DNA from: Phascolarctobacterium sp.
Lineage (GTDB): Bacteria; Bacillota; Negativicutes; Acidaminococcales; Acidaminococcaceae
NCBI GenBank assembly: GCA_017467905.1
Contig: JAFUKD010000024.1
Span: 25,958 to 89,957, forward strand
Direction: 5' to 3'
DNA length: 64,000 nucleotides
Made by a program: the position numbers and the translations under genes. Below the pieces are notes generated by a model that did not search any database, was not told where the DNA came from, and was given only the letters and a program-made list of their open reading frames with translations. Shown here in pieces: positions 19,301-26,679 of the stretch. The first letter of the stretch is position 1; every line of letters starts with the position of its first letter.

Positions 19301-22079
19301 TAATGTTACCGCTACCTGCATTAGCACTAAAATCAATATTTACCTGTTTGGTAACACTTGAAGAAGTCAAGCCTTCGCTTAAACCAAGTGCAACAGCAGT
19401 AAGGTTACTACCGTTAGTAGCATAATCGTTATAGTAAAGCTTGCTTGCCAAAGCTCCTAAAATTTCATCAACAGTTGCAATATCTCTTGTAGCAATACCT
19501 TTATTGTTGGAGGTAATCATAGCAATTTGGCTACCAGTAGCAGCTTTATCAATCGTTACTGTACCACCAAGAATATCAGCATAACTATTTTCGCCATGAG
19601 CAGTATAGTTAACCTTAATGGCACCTTCCAAATTATCAATCAAAAGGTTGTCACTATTGGCAGTTTGCACAATGATACCTGCGGAATTAAGGTTACTGCC
19701 ACCTTTCAGTTTGGTTACGCGGCTTGTTTCGCCGTTGCCAATATCTTCATTATCTTGGCAGTAACGGCTGTTGTTGGCTTCGTTAGTCCAAGTTGCACCA
19801 TTTTGCAAGGTAAGGTTTACAGTACCACCATTATCGATAATACCTTTAATATGGCTATCGGCAGTAGCCAAGCCTAAGTTAATGGTTGCACCTTCAAGGG
19901 CGAAGATGTCACCATCAAGCTTAACATCATTTTCACCAACAGTTTTACCGTTAGCACCCATGTTCATATTAATAGTGCCTTCATAAGCAGCAAGGGTATA
20001 GTAACCGTAATCAGTGCCCGTAGGTACGGTAATGCTACCGCCTTTTTCAATGGTAACAGTAGACTTTTTACCATTAACGGTTACACCGTTGCCGTACACG
20101 TCCATATCTACGTTACCCTTTACTACAACGCTACTGTTATTTACATCCACAAGGATACCTGCATTGTTAAAACGGCTAATTACGTTTTCCGGATTAGCAC
20201 CAATACCCCAATCTTCTTTGGTAGCACCTTTGATGTTCAAATCACCTTTAATAACGATATCGCCACCCAAGGCAGAAGTTTTACTGTTTTCGCCCCAACG
20301 GTCAGTCTTTTGAATTGCTACACCGTTACCGCCATAGCCACCTTCCATTGTGATATTGGTAGCTTTAGCATCGATGGTAATACTTTCACCACCAACTATT
20401 GTGGGGTCAAGCCAAATTGCATTAGTTAAGCTATTACCACCATCCATAGTCTTAGTAAGGATTTCCAACTTACCGTTTTTAGCATTGATTTTAAGACCTG
20501 CATCCGTAGCATAAACACCTACGGGAGAAGCCACATTATTTCCCACCTGAATTTGCAAACCATTATTAGCATTAACGGTTGAAGATATGCCTTCTGCATA
20601 AATACCTGCAAGCACGTTGTTACCAAGATTGCCTTCATCATCTTTGGTAAGATTAATTACCGCATCAGTACCATTTACATTGGCAACGATTTGATTATTA
20701 ATTGCCGTGATATTCGTACCATTTTCTTTTTTAACAACAACATTTTCATTCGGTGTATCAGCCCATTCGCCAGTAGCAAGTTGTACTTTCACAAGCTTAC
20801 CTTCGGGAATAACATCAGTACGGATAATATCCCAAGTGTAGAGTTCCTCATACATAGCATTGGTAGCAAAGCTGTCAGTACCAAATACTTTGGGGTCAGT
20901 TGCGCCGTCAGTGTAGATGTGCAGCTTGTTGCCCACTTGTACCCACAGGCGTTTAGTGTTGTATTCCGCATCCAAGCGACCAAACCAGCCGGGAGCTGCT
21001 GCTTCGTGGTAAACTTCTTTCCAATTTTGGGGATTCGCACTAAGCAGATTGCTTACGGTAGTTTGGTAAACAGTTACGTCTACATTCTTGCCTGCCCTGC
21101 CAATGTTGTATGTCATTACATAGGCAGTACCGTTGGGCAGTACCTTCAAGCTACGGAACTCGCTTTTGGGAATGGTTTGCCCATCACGCACTTGCAATAA
21201 ATTTTCCGGCAAGGTAATTTGGCGAGTATCCATAAATCTTTTAGTTTCAGGATTTAAAGTTACTACGTCAATGGATGTTTCTGCATTGGAGTTTTCTGCA
21301 CCGTAGTATTGATAACCGCCAATGGCAGTTGCCAGCATATAGTTGTTATATACATTTAGTGCTACGGAGTCGGTGTTCTTACCCATTGTGGTATAGCCGT
21401 CATAGCTAAGTCTACCATCCGGCATAATAGCATATTTAATCAGGTAGGAAGGGTTATAAGGAGTGTAGCCACCTTGAGGGTTGCAGTTTGCAATAACGTA
21501 AAGGTTGCCATCAATGATTACGACACCTTCACCATGGAGCTGTGCCTTGTTACCAAAGGTAACACCACCATAAGTCTCTAAATCATTTTTCAAATCTCTG
21601 TAAAAAATAGTTTTGTCGCTAATAACACTATCTGTCACTTGCGCTACACCTACAGTACCCTCGTCATAGGACTCTACATAAACAAAATCTTTGTAACGTG
21701 CCACATCATGGGCATTAGTAGCCTTGCTAACGGTACCAGCTACTCTATTATTCCAATCACCTTGTGCATCAAAGGCATAACTGTTTTGCAAGTTAACGTT
21801 ACTGTATGTATATTGACGGATGTATAAAGTGCTTTTACCAGTAACAGGGTCAACGGTGTTATAAACCGCAGGGTCACCATTAAGACCGCTGATTACGGAT
21901 TTTATAGCAGTAATATCGCTAGAATTTATAAAAGAGCCTTCAATGGCACCCATATGGGATGTAACATAGTCAGAAGCGGTTACAATACCAAGCTTGGCAG
22001 CTTCCGCAGTGCTTCCCAATACGAAACCACCCAAGACAGTAGCCAGTATGGCGGCTTTTTTAGTAGAGCTTATCTTCAT
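13347..22079 (-). CDS. Giant type V autotransporter (2910 aa) with a modular repetitive passenger and a C-terminal beta-barrel translocator
   Basis: Signal peptide MKISSTKKAAILATVLGGFVLGSTAEA. Four passenger modules each end in LA.KLYY..Y..G..NLKGY..I.EGLT.SS. The C-terminal ~280 aa (MMWRSESNDLLQRMGDVR...YATYERSFGGDVTEKWRVDAGLRVTF) is an autotransporter beta-domain with a terminal Phe. Confidence 0.85.
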   Translation of the reverse strand: MKISSTKKAAILATVLGGFVLGSTAEAAKLGIVTASDYVTSHMGAIEGSFINSSDITAIKSVISGLNGDPAVYNTVDPVTGKSTLYIRQYTYSNVNLQNSYAFDAQGDWNNRVAGTVSKATNAHDVARYKDFVYVESYDEGTVGVAQVTDSVISDKTIFYRDLKNDLETYGGVTFGNKAQLHGEGVVIIDGNLYVIANCNPQGGYTPYNPSYLIKYAIMPDGRLSYDGYTTMGKNTDSVALNVYNNYMLATAIGGYQYYGAENSNAETSIDVVTLNPETKRFMDTRQITLPENLLQVRDGQTIPKSEFRSLKVLPNGTAYVMTYNIGRAGKNVDVTVYQTTVSNLLSANPQNWKEVYHEAAAPGWFGRLDAEYNTKRLWVQVGNKLHIYTDGATDPKVFGTDSFATNAMYEELYTWDIIRTDVIPEGKLVKVQLATGEWADTPNENVVVKKENGTNITAINNQIVANVNGTDAVINLTKDDEGNLGNNVLAGIYAEGISSTVNANNGLQIQVGNNVASPVGVYATDAGLKINAKNGKLEILTKTMDGGNSLTNAIWLDPTIVGGESITIDAKATNITMEGGYGGNGVAIQKTDRWGENSKTSALGGDIVIKGDLNIKGATKEDWGIGANPENVISRFNNAGILVDVNNSSVVVKGNVDMDVYGNGVTVNGKKSTVTIEKGGSITVPTGTDYGYYTLAAYEGTINMNMGANGKTVGENDVKLDGDIFALEGATINLGLATADSHIKGIIDNGGTVNLTLQNGATWTNEANNSRYCQDNEDIGNGETSRVTKLKGGSNLNSAGIIVQTANSDNLLIDNLEGAIKVNYTAHGENSYADILGGTVTIDKAATGSQIAMITSNNKGIATRDIATVDEILGALASKLYYNDYATNGSNLTAVALGLSEGLTSSSVTKQVNIDFSANAGSGNITGNITDENLNIGGGDVGGDDNDNEQVTTGPAYPNVKNHEAPLYDNDVFVDATPNGVIDTSEAIKLEDKKIVTGLYLENGYQDWLGTDNPDLVRIQINGDYDYKPVAIYNDAIDNWAILGTAGSDKTIDIVTVLPEDSYLRTNAIWIEPGLGNTTDCLSAAIQSSHGINITMVGGHGGNGIAITRSDGNKESDLGGYLSINGDVKIKGTEPNQWGICDNPDNTDARYNNSGILLDVNGSSIEINGSVYMDVCGNGITVDASGSDLMGSFAAVKVGYNVGNNNINYNPYKGSQILVPTGNAEHKYYSLAAYNGNIQFDGNGYPSYGYDPTYTHNTVPVGGMIDGDWYVGGENAAIDARMKGSYAYFNGAVINEGGAANLYLVDGATWTNVSTNGEPGVTSHLTNFRGTDLSVGRGTTANYADARIIQTANSGDILIDKFHNNATVIYSYEEGEPTNFQGSGDITIISATAGSNLTLQTNYSSAITVDNVEEVLNSLAGKLYYTGYTNGENNLKGYLKIGEGLTASSITAELLNGGFIDNKGSVNSELEKVAFDKESGTLNGNIKFDASSGKGSLGDLVVDGGSTPDDDEDDVVTEPVVYEQVITYTENTTRNDTTRIEGGPWHKDIGAIIYASGDLDNPDKSYKTIVNLNGNELVLNNNSTSIGSGAAISAIDGGTVEINNPGNITITENCIGPSAGIFANGGGVVHIKNGEGGVVRIDTQAGVDPDTYGQEGAGIKTMNGLDGVRSKVIIDGMVHIVADLDKCNNEALSAVASDIEIGGGHLEAKNGAWCAIRAYGEFVSDNAATVNVNVVKDEDGNITGAGERKTTIIGDFVTNGGMGTLGYITVGLNGDESYWTGNYGDNRGYGVTKGQEGNVTLYMKNGADWTGFSDGEMNVTMEGEGTTWYGFNIAEREPDDVGEINGGLTLTLTDKALWQNAITKDQGADSKVYTFIGDNGFIDMTGNKTFIGHNDASHAENSNGVSFKNTSIEDKGKQETGNLKITNYSGNTTIIYRRDDNNVTKVLGGTTTIEHAEKGSKITLSTDGYNILNKVQVAETLDNLAEKLYYTNYVDGERNLKGYVQIAEGLTASSVGKHTGNIDFSSSTGQGSLNKDSLQMDVAPEVPPSGDDNQGGNQGGEDTPTTPDKPVEPEKPVEPEEKPVEKEFGGIGGDLTNDDSLKNDKGESIVSKDESGNNVVDFGKLDIDQQGNAKPEHEEVDKVIIAPQESTENTTLIGGPASGNLVLEMKGKDLDVTGKTNGEAKEAKGIEAVDGSVTIKDAGNIIITTEAVGNNGKASAIYASGEGKDVTIHTDKDDNIVKLSAKDNDKTHGVLHAEDKANVTINGLVDITETNGKIAVNVGEGSTVTLAGGEIGAKGDEAAIKVTDGGKIKINEEAKDHDVVINGKIVLGVAKPVEEEQAVPVVLKLTRRMVVPTDASSVSLTTADSALNDNVEYAGNGDNKFGATIANGAKWTGNSVGGVDLTVLLDDGGVWTGYHDDIASGSALNLQISNGAIWENTAEDATTIDKLAGAASGEKEGFIRMSEDSNAGLTVEDYSGETTFIYRHNADNDILGGNVNIQKAADGSVVNVRTNSIGTSDKEEVAKVLKALAAKMIAKDENGNALSNAKNILGEAQIAEGIVTSASALKVGSINFANGTGDLDEESITARYPDSGYIYGDSETAMMKGAKSAMASTVMMWRSESNDLLQRMGDVRLATEESGVWAKYYGGKYEMDAQNTNFSTNYKAYQVGYDKAVGNGWNVGVAVSHNEGDSRYDRGGEGEMTVTSLSVYGNKDYGDGRYLGLILKGSQLKNEYEVFNNDGYKLEGDFKTWGTSISAEYGKRIEKGNGFYFDPSVELTIGHVQGKDYTATSDMLAAYGKTATMQVEQDDFNSIIGRVGFGIGQRTERASYYAKLALAHEFGGDFDTNYTAEETKGTNIDFGDTWYEMQLGGTAKLSDNSLLYATYERSFGGDVTEKWRVDAGLRVTF

Positions 22080-22094
22080 AACGTCTTTCCTTTC

Positions 22095-24731
22095 TTAGAA
22101 TTCACATTTCAAAGTTGCATAATAGGTTCGTCCTTGTACGGGATATTCAGGATTGATATAACTACCGTTAGCAAGTGCTATCTTTTGTTCCGGACCTTTG
22201 TTGAACACGTCGTTGCAGCCTACTGCCAGTTGCCAACCGTCTTTCATTTTCCACTTGATACCGGTGTTGAATACCAAGAGGTCATCAGTAGGCAAGCCAT
22301 CAGGGAACTCACCAACACCACCTTTTACACGATAGGTATAGTACGCATCGGTGTAGTGAGCTTCTGCAAAAATGTCAAGGTTGTTTTCAGGACGGTAAGT
22401 TAAACGCACGTTGCCTTCCCATTCAGGTTGGAAGGTAGGCCATGTATCTACATAATCATAAGAGCCATCTTTCTTACTCTTAGTTTTGATGTCGGTGTAG
22501 GTTGCTTGCAAATCAAGGTCAAACTTGCTCCAGTTAAAGTTAGTTTGTACTTCCACACCATGGGCCTTACCCTTGTTATCATTCATGTAAGACCAGTAAT
22601 CCTTACCAACACGTTGCAGTTGAAGCATATTTTCAGAATCACGCCAGAAGTAGGTTAAAGAGGTCTTGTTGTAACCGCCAAGGGTTTCGCCATGCCACAG
22701 TGCGCTGATGTCAAACTGCTTGCCTTCTTCGGGAACAGGGAAGGTGGATTCGCGACCATCATCAGTAGGAGCGGGCAGGATGCCTGCGCCGTCACCTGCG
22801 ATTTCGTACATGTTCAGCAAGCGGTAGTAAGTACCACCAGTCATACGCATGGTAAAGTTGTTGTCAAATTCTTTTTTAAGTGCTAATTGCCAAGTGAACT
22901 TGTCGTCAGTTTGTTCATCTTCCGGTGTAATCCAACCAAAAAGCTTATCGTTACCCGCTGTAAAGGTTGCTTTGTTACTGTAGCCGGTTATGGTAGAACG
23001 GTTATATTTAACGCTGGGTGTCAAGAACCAAGAGGACTTATCATCCAAGGTAATGGTGTCTTGCAGTTGGATGTTAAGCATTTCCTGTTCGTACTTATCA
23101 CGAATTTGTCCAAAGATAGTGTCGATGTTGTTATCGGTAATTTCCCTATCAGACATGCCGGAACCATCAACATCCATGTTTTCGCGAGAGAAGTTGATTT
23201 GGAAATCAAGCATATTATTGTCGCTAATCTTGTAAGTACCGTCAATTTGAGCATTGTACTTATCAGATTTATATTCGCTGAATTCACGTAAGGGTACAAG
23301 TTTATCTTGTTCGGTAGGATTGTTTATATTTTCAGCACGATAGCTTTTATCGGACTTGGTGTAGTCAAGCATCCAGCCCCATTCAAGCTTGCCCACGTTG
23401 TTGCGGTTTTGGAGCAAAAGTTCCTTGGTATCAATCTTTTGACGACGGCTATCGTAGGGATAGTTATCGTACAAATCTACACCCCAACCCACATTAGCAT
23501 TTGCAAAGGAATCACCATACAAGCTATCCGGCAAATGGCGGTCTACCTTGTTCCAAGCAGCCTTAACCATCCAGTTTTCATTTTGCCATTTCAAAATGCT
23601 GTTGATGTTTTCGTAATCGTTGTACTGACGCCAACGTTTGGGATTTTGTGCTTGGGCAAGTTTCTTACGGTTGTCCTCTATAGACTGATTTTCTGCACTC
23701 AGTACGTCGTTAGTACTAGGATTCAAGTTTGTTGCAATTTTGTTTGCTTCACCTTGGAGGGCAGTTGCTTTATCATTATCATTCATAGCCTCCCATTGTG
23801 TTTGGTTATACCCCATATGATACAACTGCTCATAAGTTAAAAGACTTTGGGATAATTTTTGGTAATAAGCCTTTTTAAAACCATCATCAGATTGGATATA
23901 AGCATCCCAAGCTGCTTCGCCTATTTTGCCATCAAAAGAAAATTCTTCAAATGTGTCCCCCAAATTTAAAGTATCCTTATAGTTATTAAAGCTATCTGTT
24001 TTAAAAGTATTTATGGTTTTAAGGCTTTCATTAATCTGGTTATTTATGGCAGTAATCGCGCCCGCTGTAGTATAGTTTTCATAACTAAAGTCGCCATCAC
24101 TGCTTTCATAGTTCCAGCCAAACATCAAGCTGCCATCACCTAAAGGTGCAGTAATTTCTGTGGCACCCTTCTTGCCACCATAGCTGCTCTTACCCAGCTC
24201 TACGCTTACATTGGTTTTATCAGGCTTCTTGGTAACGATGTTGATAACGCCACCAATAAAGGTGCCTGCAAAACGAGCAGGAATGTAGCCACGGTAAACT
24301 TCAATGCGTTCCACGTTGGCTACGGGGATGGTAGAAAGGTCTACCGCGCTGTCGCCGCCAAGGTTACTAAGCACGCCGTCAATGAACACGCCAACCTGTG
24401 CCGCAGTGGAGCCACGCACGGTTACTGTGGTGTATTGTCCTTTACCGTTTACTTCGCGTACATGTACGCCTGGTACCTTGCGCATTAAATCAGGCAAAGT
24501 TTTTTGTTCGCCCTTGTAATCATCAGGGCGAATAACGGTTACGCTACCGGGGGAAAGTTTTGTTTCCCAGTCGGGACGTGCCGCTTCTACGGTAATGCCT
24601 TCCAAATCAAAGGCAAGTTCTGCCCTTGTGGCAGCTTCTTCCGCAAAGGCATCACTTGCGCCAAAAATGCAGCAGCCCAGTACGAAAGCCATAGCCAATG
24701 TTAAGTTTTTGTTGTTCTTATGTTTTTTCAT
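22095..24731 (-). CDS. TonB-dependent outer-membrane receptor (BtuB-like context, unusually long)
   Basis: Signal peptide, then a plug domain (ITVEAARP...VHVREVNGKGQYTTVTVRGSTAAQVGVFIDGV...ERIEVYRG) and a barrel ending YYATLKCEF. Start set at MKKHKNNK, 9 nt after GGAG. Lies downstream of the putative cobalamin riboswitch. Confidence 0.8.
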   Translation of the reverse strand: MKKHKNNKNLTLAMAFVLGCCIFGASDAFAEEAATRAELAFDLEGITVEAARPDWETKLSPGSVTVIRPDDYKGEQKTLPDLMRKVPGVHVREVNGKGQYTTVTVRGSTAAQVGVFIDGVLSNLGGDSAVDLSTIPVANVERIEVYRGYIPARFAGTFIGGVINIVTKKPDKTNVSVELGKSSYGGKKGATEITAPLGDGSLMFGWNYESSDGDFSYENYTTAGAITAINNQINESLKTINTFKTDSFNNYKDTLNLGDTFEEFSFDGKIGEAAWDAYIQSDDGFKKAYYQKLSQSLLTYEQLYHMGYNQTQWEAMNDNDKATALQGEANKIATNLNPSTNDVLSAENQSIEDNRKKLAQAQNPKRWRQYNDYENINSILKWQNENWMVKAAWNKVDRHLPDSLYGDSFANANVGWGVDLYDNYPYDSRRQKIDTKELLLQNRNNVGKLEWGWMLDYTKSDKSYRAENINNPTEQDKLVPLREFSEYKSDKYNAQIDGTYKISDNNMLDFQINFSRENMDVDGSGMSDREITDNNIDTIFGQIRDKYEQEMLNIQLQDTITLDDKSSWFLTPSVKYNRSTITGYSNKATFTAGNDKLFGWITPEDEQTDDKFTWQLALKKEFDNNFTMRMTGGTYYRLLNMYEIAGDGAGILPAPTDDGRESTFPVPEEGKQFDISALWHGETLGGYNKTSLTYFWRDSENMLQLQRVGKDYWSYMNDNKGKAHGVEVQTNFNWSKFDLDLQATYTDIKTKSKKDGSYDYVDTWPTFQPEWEGNVRLTYRPENNLDIFAEAHYTDAYYTYRVKGGVGEFPDGLPTDDLLVFNTGIKWKMKDGWQLAVGCNDVFNKGPEQKIALANGSYINPEYPVQGRTYYATLKCEF

Positions 24732-24798
24732 AGACAACATCTCCAATCAATCATTCATACATAATTTGGGATTACTAAATAAAAAAAGAACCTTCCAA

Positions 24799-24978
24799 TT
24801 ATCTGCTTATACCTTGGCTTGACTTTTTCAAATCGGCTTGCTCTTCAGCCATACCATGGTAAAAGAAGACTTCCCTTGTAAGTTCAAGCAGGAAGCTTCT
24901 GTTAACAGTAACAGTCTCCTGCTCGGACTCATTCAAGAAGTCCAGATAATTTTCAAGTTCTTCGTTGGTAATAATCAT
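24799..24978 (-). CDS. Small hypothetical protein (59 aa), first ORF after the riboswitch
   Basis: An internal ATG is preceded by a strong RBS (GGAGGAGGTGTGTGT ATG). The longer track ORF would overlap the riboswitch expression platform. Confidence 0.3.
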   Translation of the reverse strand: MIITNEELENYLDFLNESEQETVTVNRSFLLELTREVFFYHGMAEEQADLKKSSQGISR

Positions 24979-25029
24979 ACACACACCTCCTCCAAGACAG
25001 GGATATCCCTTAACTTGTACCTCTCCCAT

Positions 25030-25190
25030 AATACGCAGGAGGACGGTATGTGAAACGGCAGCGCTCTGGCTTAGGTCATCGCCACTTTATCCCTTGCGAG
25101 GGTTAACGATAAAGCAGCTCTCATCACAGTTGCGGTACAGTGTTGGAATTTCAGCAAACTTTCCTGCCAATTACACCTTAATATAGGTGT
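25030..25190 (-). promoter_or_regulatory. Cobalamin (B12) riboswitch candidate
   Basis: Minus strand reads GGCAGGAAAGTTTGCTGAAATTCCAACACTGTACCGCAACTGTGATGA...CCTAAGCCAGAGCGCTGCC. It matches the conserved GGGAA / GGTGAAAATCC / CCCGCAACTGT elements, a B12-box-like AGCCAG..GCTGCC, and P1 pairing GGCAG/CTGCC. The downstream CCTCCTGC can pair with the GGAGGAGG RBS. Confidence 0.65.
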
Positions 25191-25258
25191 TTGACTATTA
25201 TGAAATTATTATTAGTATATAATATTATTTTATATATAATGTCTTTTAGTGATAATAA

Positions 25259-25282
25259 ACTATATAGTAACTATATAGTCAA
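25259..25282 (-). promoter_or_regulatory. Tandem palindromic 10-mers (ACTATATAGT x2) overlapping a TTGACT -35-like hexamer upstream of the riboswitch
   Basis: ACTATATAGT at 25259-25268 and 25270-25279 is its own reverse complement. Minus-strand TTGACT lies at 25282-25277. Confidence 0.3.
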
Positions 25283-25420
25283 GTGATTTTCAGTAAAAAT
25301 TTTACAATTTAACAGTTTTTAAATAAAAAAAAAAAAAATGTTACTGTAAGATTATAAACAAAGCACTTTCGCCCCCGTGTAGCACTACTTTATTTTATTG
25401 TATTCTTTACCTTTATAAAC

Positions 25421-25470
25421 AAAAGCAGCAGTTATTCGTAGCGTTCCGAGTAGCTGCTGCTTTTTGTTTT
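25421..25470. terminator. Rho-independent terminator
   Basis: AAAAGCAGCAG...CTGCTGCTTTTT long hairpin flanked by A and T runs, just downstream of the 25472..25732 gene. Confidence 0.65.
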
Positions 25471-25471
25471 T

Positions 25472-25732
25472 CTAATATTCATCAGGAAACATAATCATAA
25501 TTTCCGTATAGTCATTGCCATCTTCACTTTCTGCATTGATCCATATCTTGCCTTCAGAAGTTAGGTATGAAGCAAGGATACGGTCTTTGTAATGTAATGA
25601 TTTATCATTCAAATCTTTATCATCATCAGGGGTAATGCCCCAATCCTTATGCAGAAACCTTGCTAAAGCCTGTATTACTTCCATTTGAAATCCATAATCC
25701 ATTTCTGCCGCATTGTGTACGCCATTGGTCAT
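25472..25732 (-). CDS. Hypothetical small acidic protein
   Basis: 86-aa ORF followed by a clean terminator. No motif recognised. Confidence 0.45.
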   Translation of the reverse strand: MTNGVHNAAEMDYGFQMEVIQALARFLHKDWGITPDDDKDLNDKSLHYKDRILASYLTSEGKIWINAESEDGNDYTEIMIMFPDEY

Positions 25733-25904
25733 ATAAACATTGCATTAGGAAATGTGTTCATCCTCATGCCCCTTTCATTGGTGAATATTAACTTACAAAA
25801 ATTTTATCGTGTATGGTTCCAGAAGTCAGCGCATGGACATAAAAAACCACTATAGACTAAAAACTACGTAATATTTTTATACAGTTTTATATTTACCACA
25901 CAAT

Positions 25905-26513
25905 CTATATATTATTTTCATATTCTGCTACCTTCCTGTAGAATGTAGTACTAGTCCATTCATACTTTTTCATTAGACTCTTTGCTGTACACTTCTTAGC
26001 CTTCCATTCTTTGTAATCATCTTCCCAAGTTTCTGGGAAAGGATATTTCTTTCTACCAAAATGTACTCCTCTTGCCTTAGCAGCTACTATACCTTCTTCT
26101 TGCCGTTTCCGAATATTCTCACGTTCCACCTGTGCTTGATAAGCCATCACTTCTATAAGGATATTGTTTATAAGTTCCATTATTCCCTGTCCTGCTTCAC
26201 CATAGTCTACCATGCTCGTTGGTAAGTCCAAAATCCTGACAATTACCTTCTTCTCTTTCAAGTCAGTAAGTAACCTCTTAATATCATTCTTGTTTCTGCC
26301 CAACCTATCAAGGCTATGGATATAGAGAGTATCCCCTTGCCTAATGTTATATAACAGGCTTTCCAACCCAGGACGATTAGTATCCTTGCCAGACATCTTA
26401 TCAACGATTATATCCCTTTCGTTAGGAATGTATTTTTTCAAGCTGTCAATCTGACGATCCAAGTTTTGCTCCTTTGTAGACACTCTTGCGTAACCGAAGA
26501 TTTTGTTATTCAT
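25905..26513 (-). CDS. Small serine recombinase (resolvase/invertase family)
   Basis: MNNKIFGYARVSTKEQNLDRQ catalytic N-terminus, with DTLYIHSLDRLGRN and a C-terminal HTH. Start set at the internal ATG after an AGGAGG RBS. Confidence 0.85.
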   Translation of the reverse strand: MNNKIFGYARVSTKEQNLDRQIDSLKKYIPNERDIIVDKMSGKDTNRPGLESLLYNIRQGDTLYIHSLDRLGRNKNDIKRLLTDLKEKKVIVRILDLPTSMVDYGEAGQGIMELINNILIEVMAYQAQVERENIRKRQEEGIVAAKARGVHFGRKKYPFPETWEDDYKEWKAKKCTAKSLMKKYEWTSTTFYRKVAEYENNI

Positions 26514-26679
26514 TTTATTGCACCTCCTAAAAAAATATTCACAATAAGTGCAACAAAACCTACTTCCACCTAAAGTTGTATGCAACATTTGTAAAAAAAA
26601 AGAAAAAGGGACATAGATATCATTCAAAATACCTATGTCCCAAAAGGTGTACTTTTTGTTGTACCTATTTAGTTATTAA

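Noticed and set aside
24979-25029. N-terminal extension of the small ORF (track start at 25029)
   Set aside because: The extension would overlap the riboswitch expression platform and lacks an RBS. The internal ATG at 24978 follows GGAGGAGG.
26514-26627. 38-aa N-terminal extension of the resolvase ORF
   Set aside because: The resolvase catalytic N-terminus (MNNKIFGYARVSTKEQ) begins at the internal ATG, right after an AGGAGG RBS. The extension is Cys/Phe-rich with no homology.
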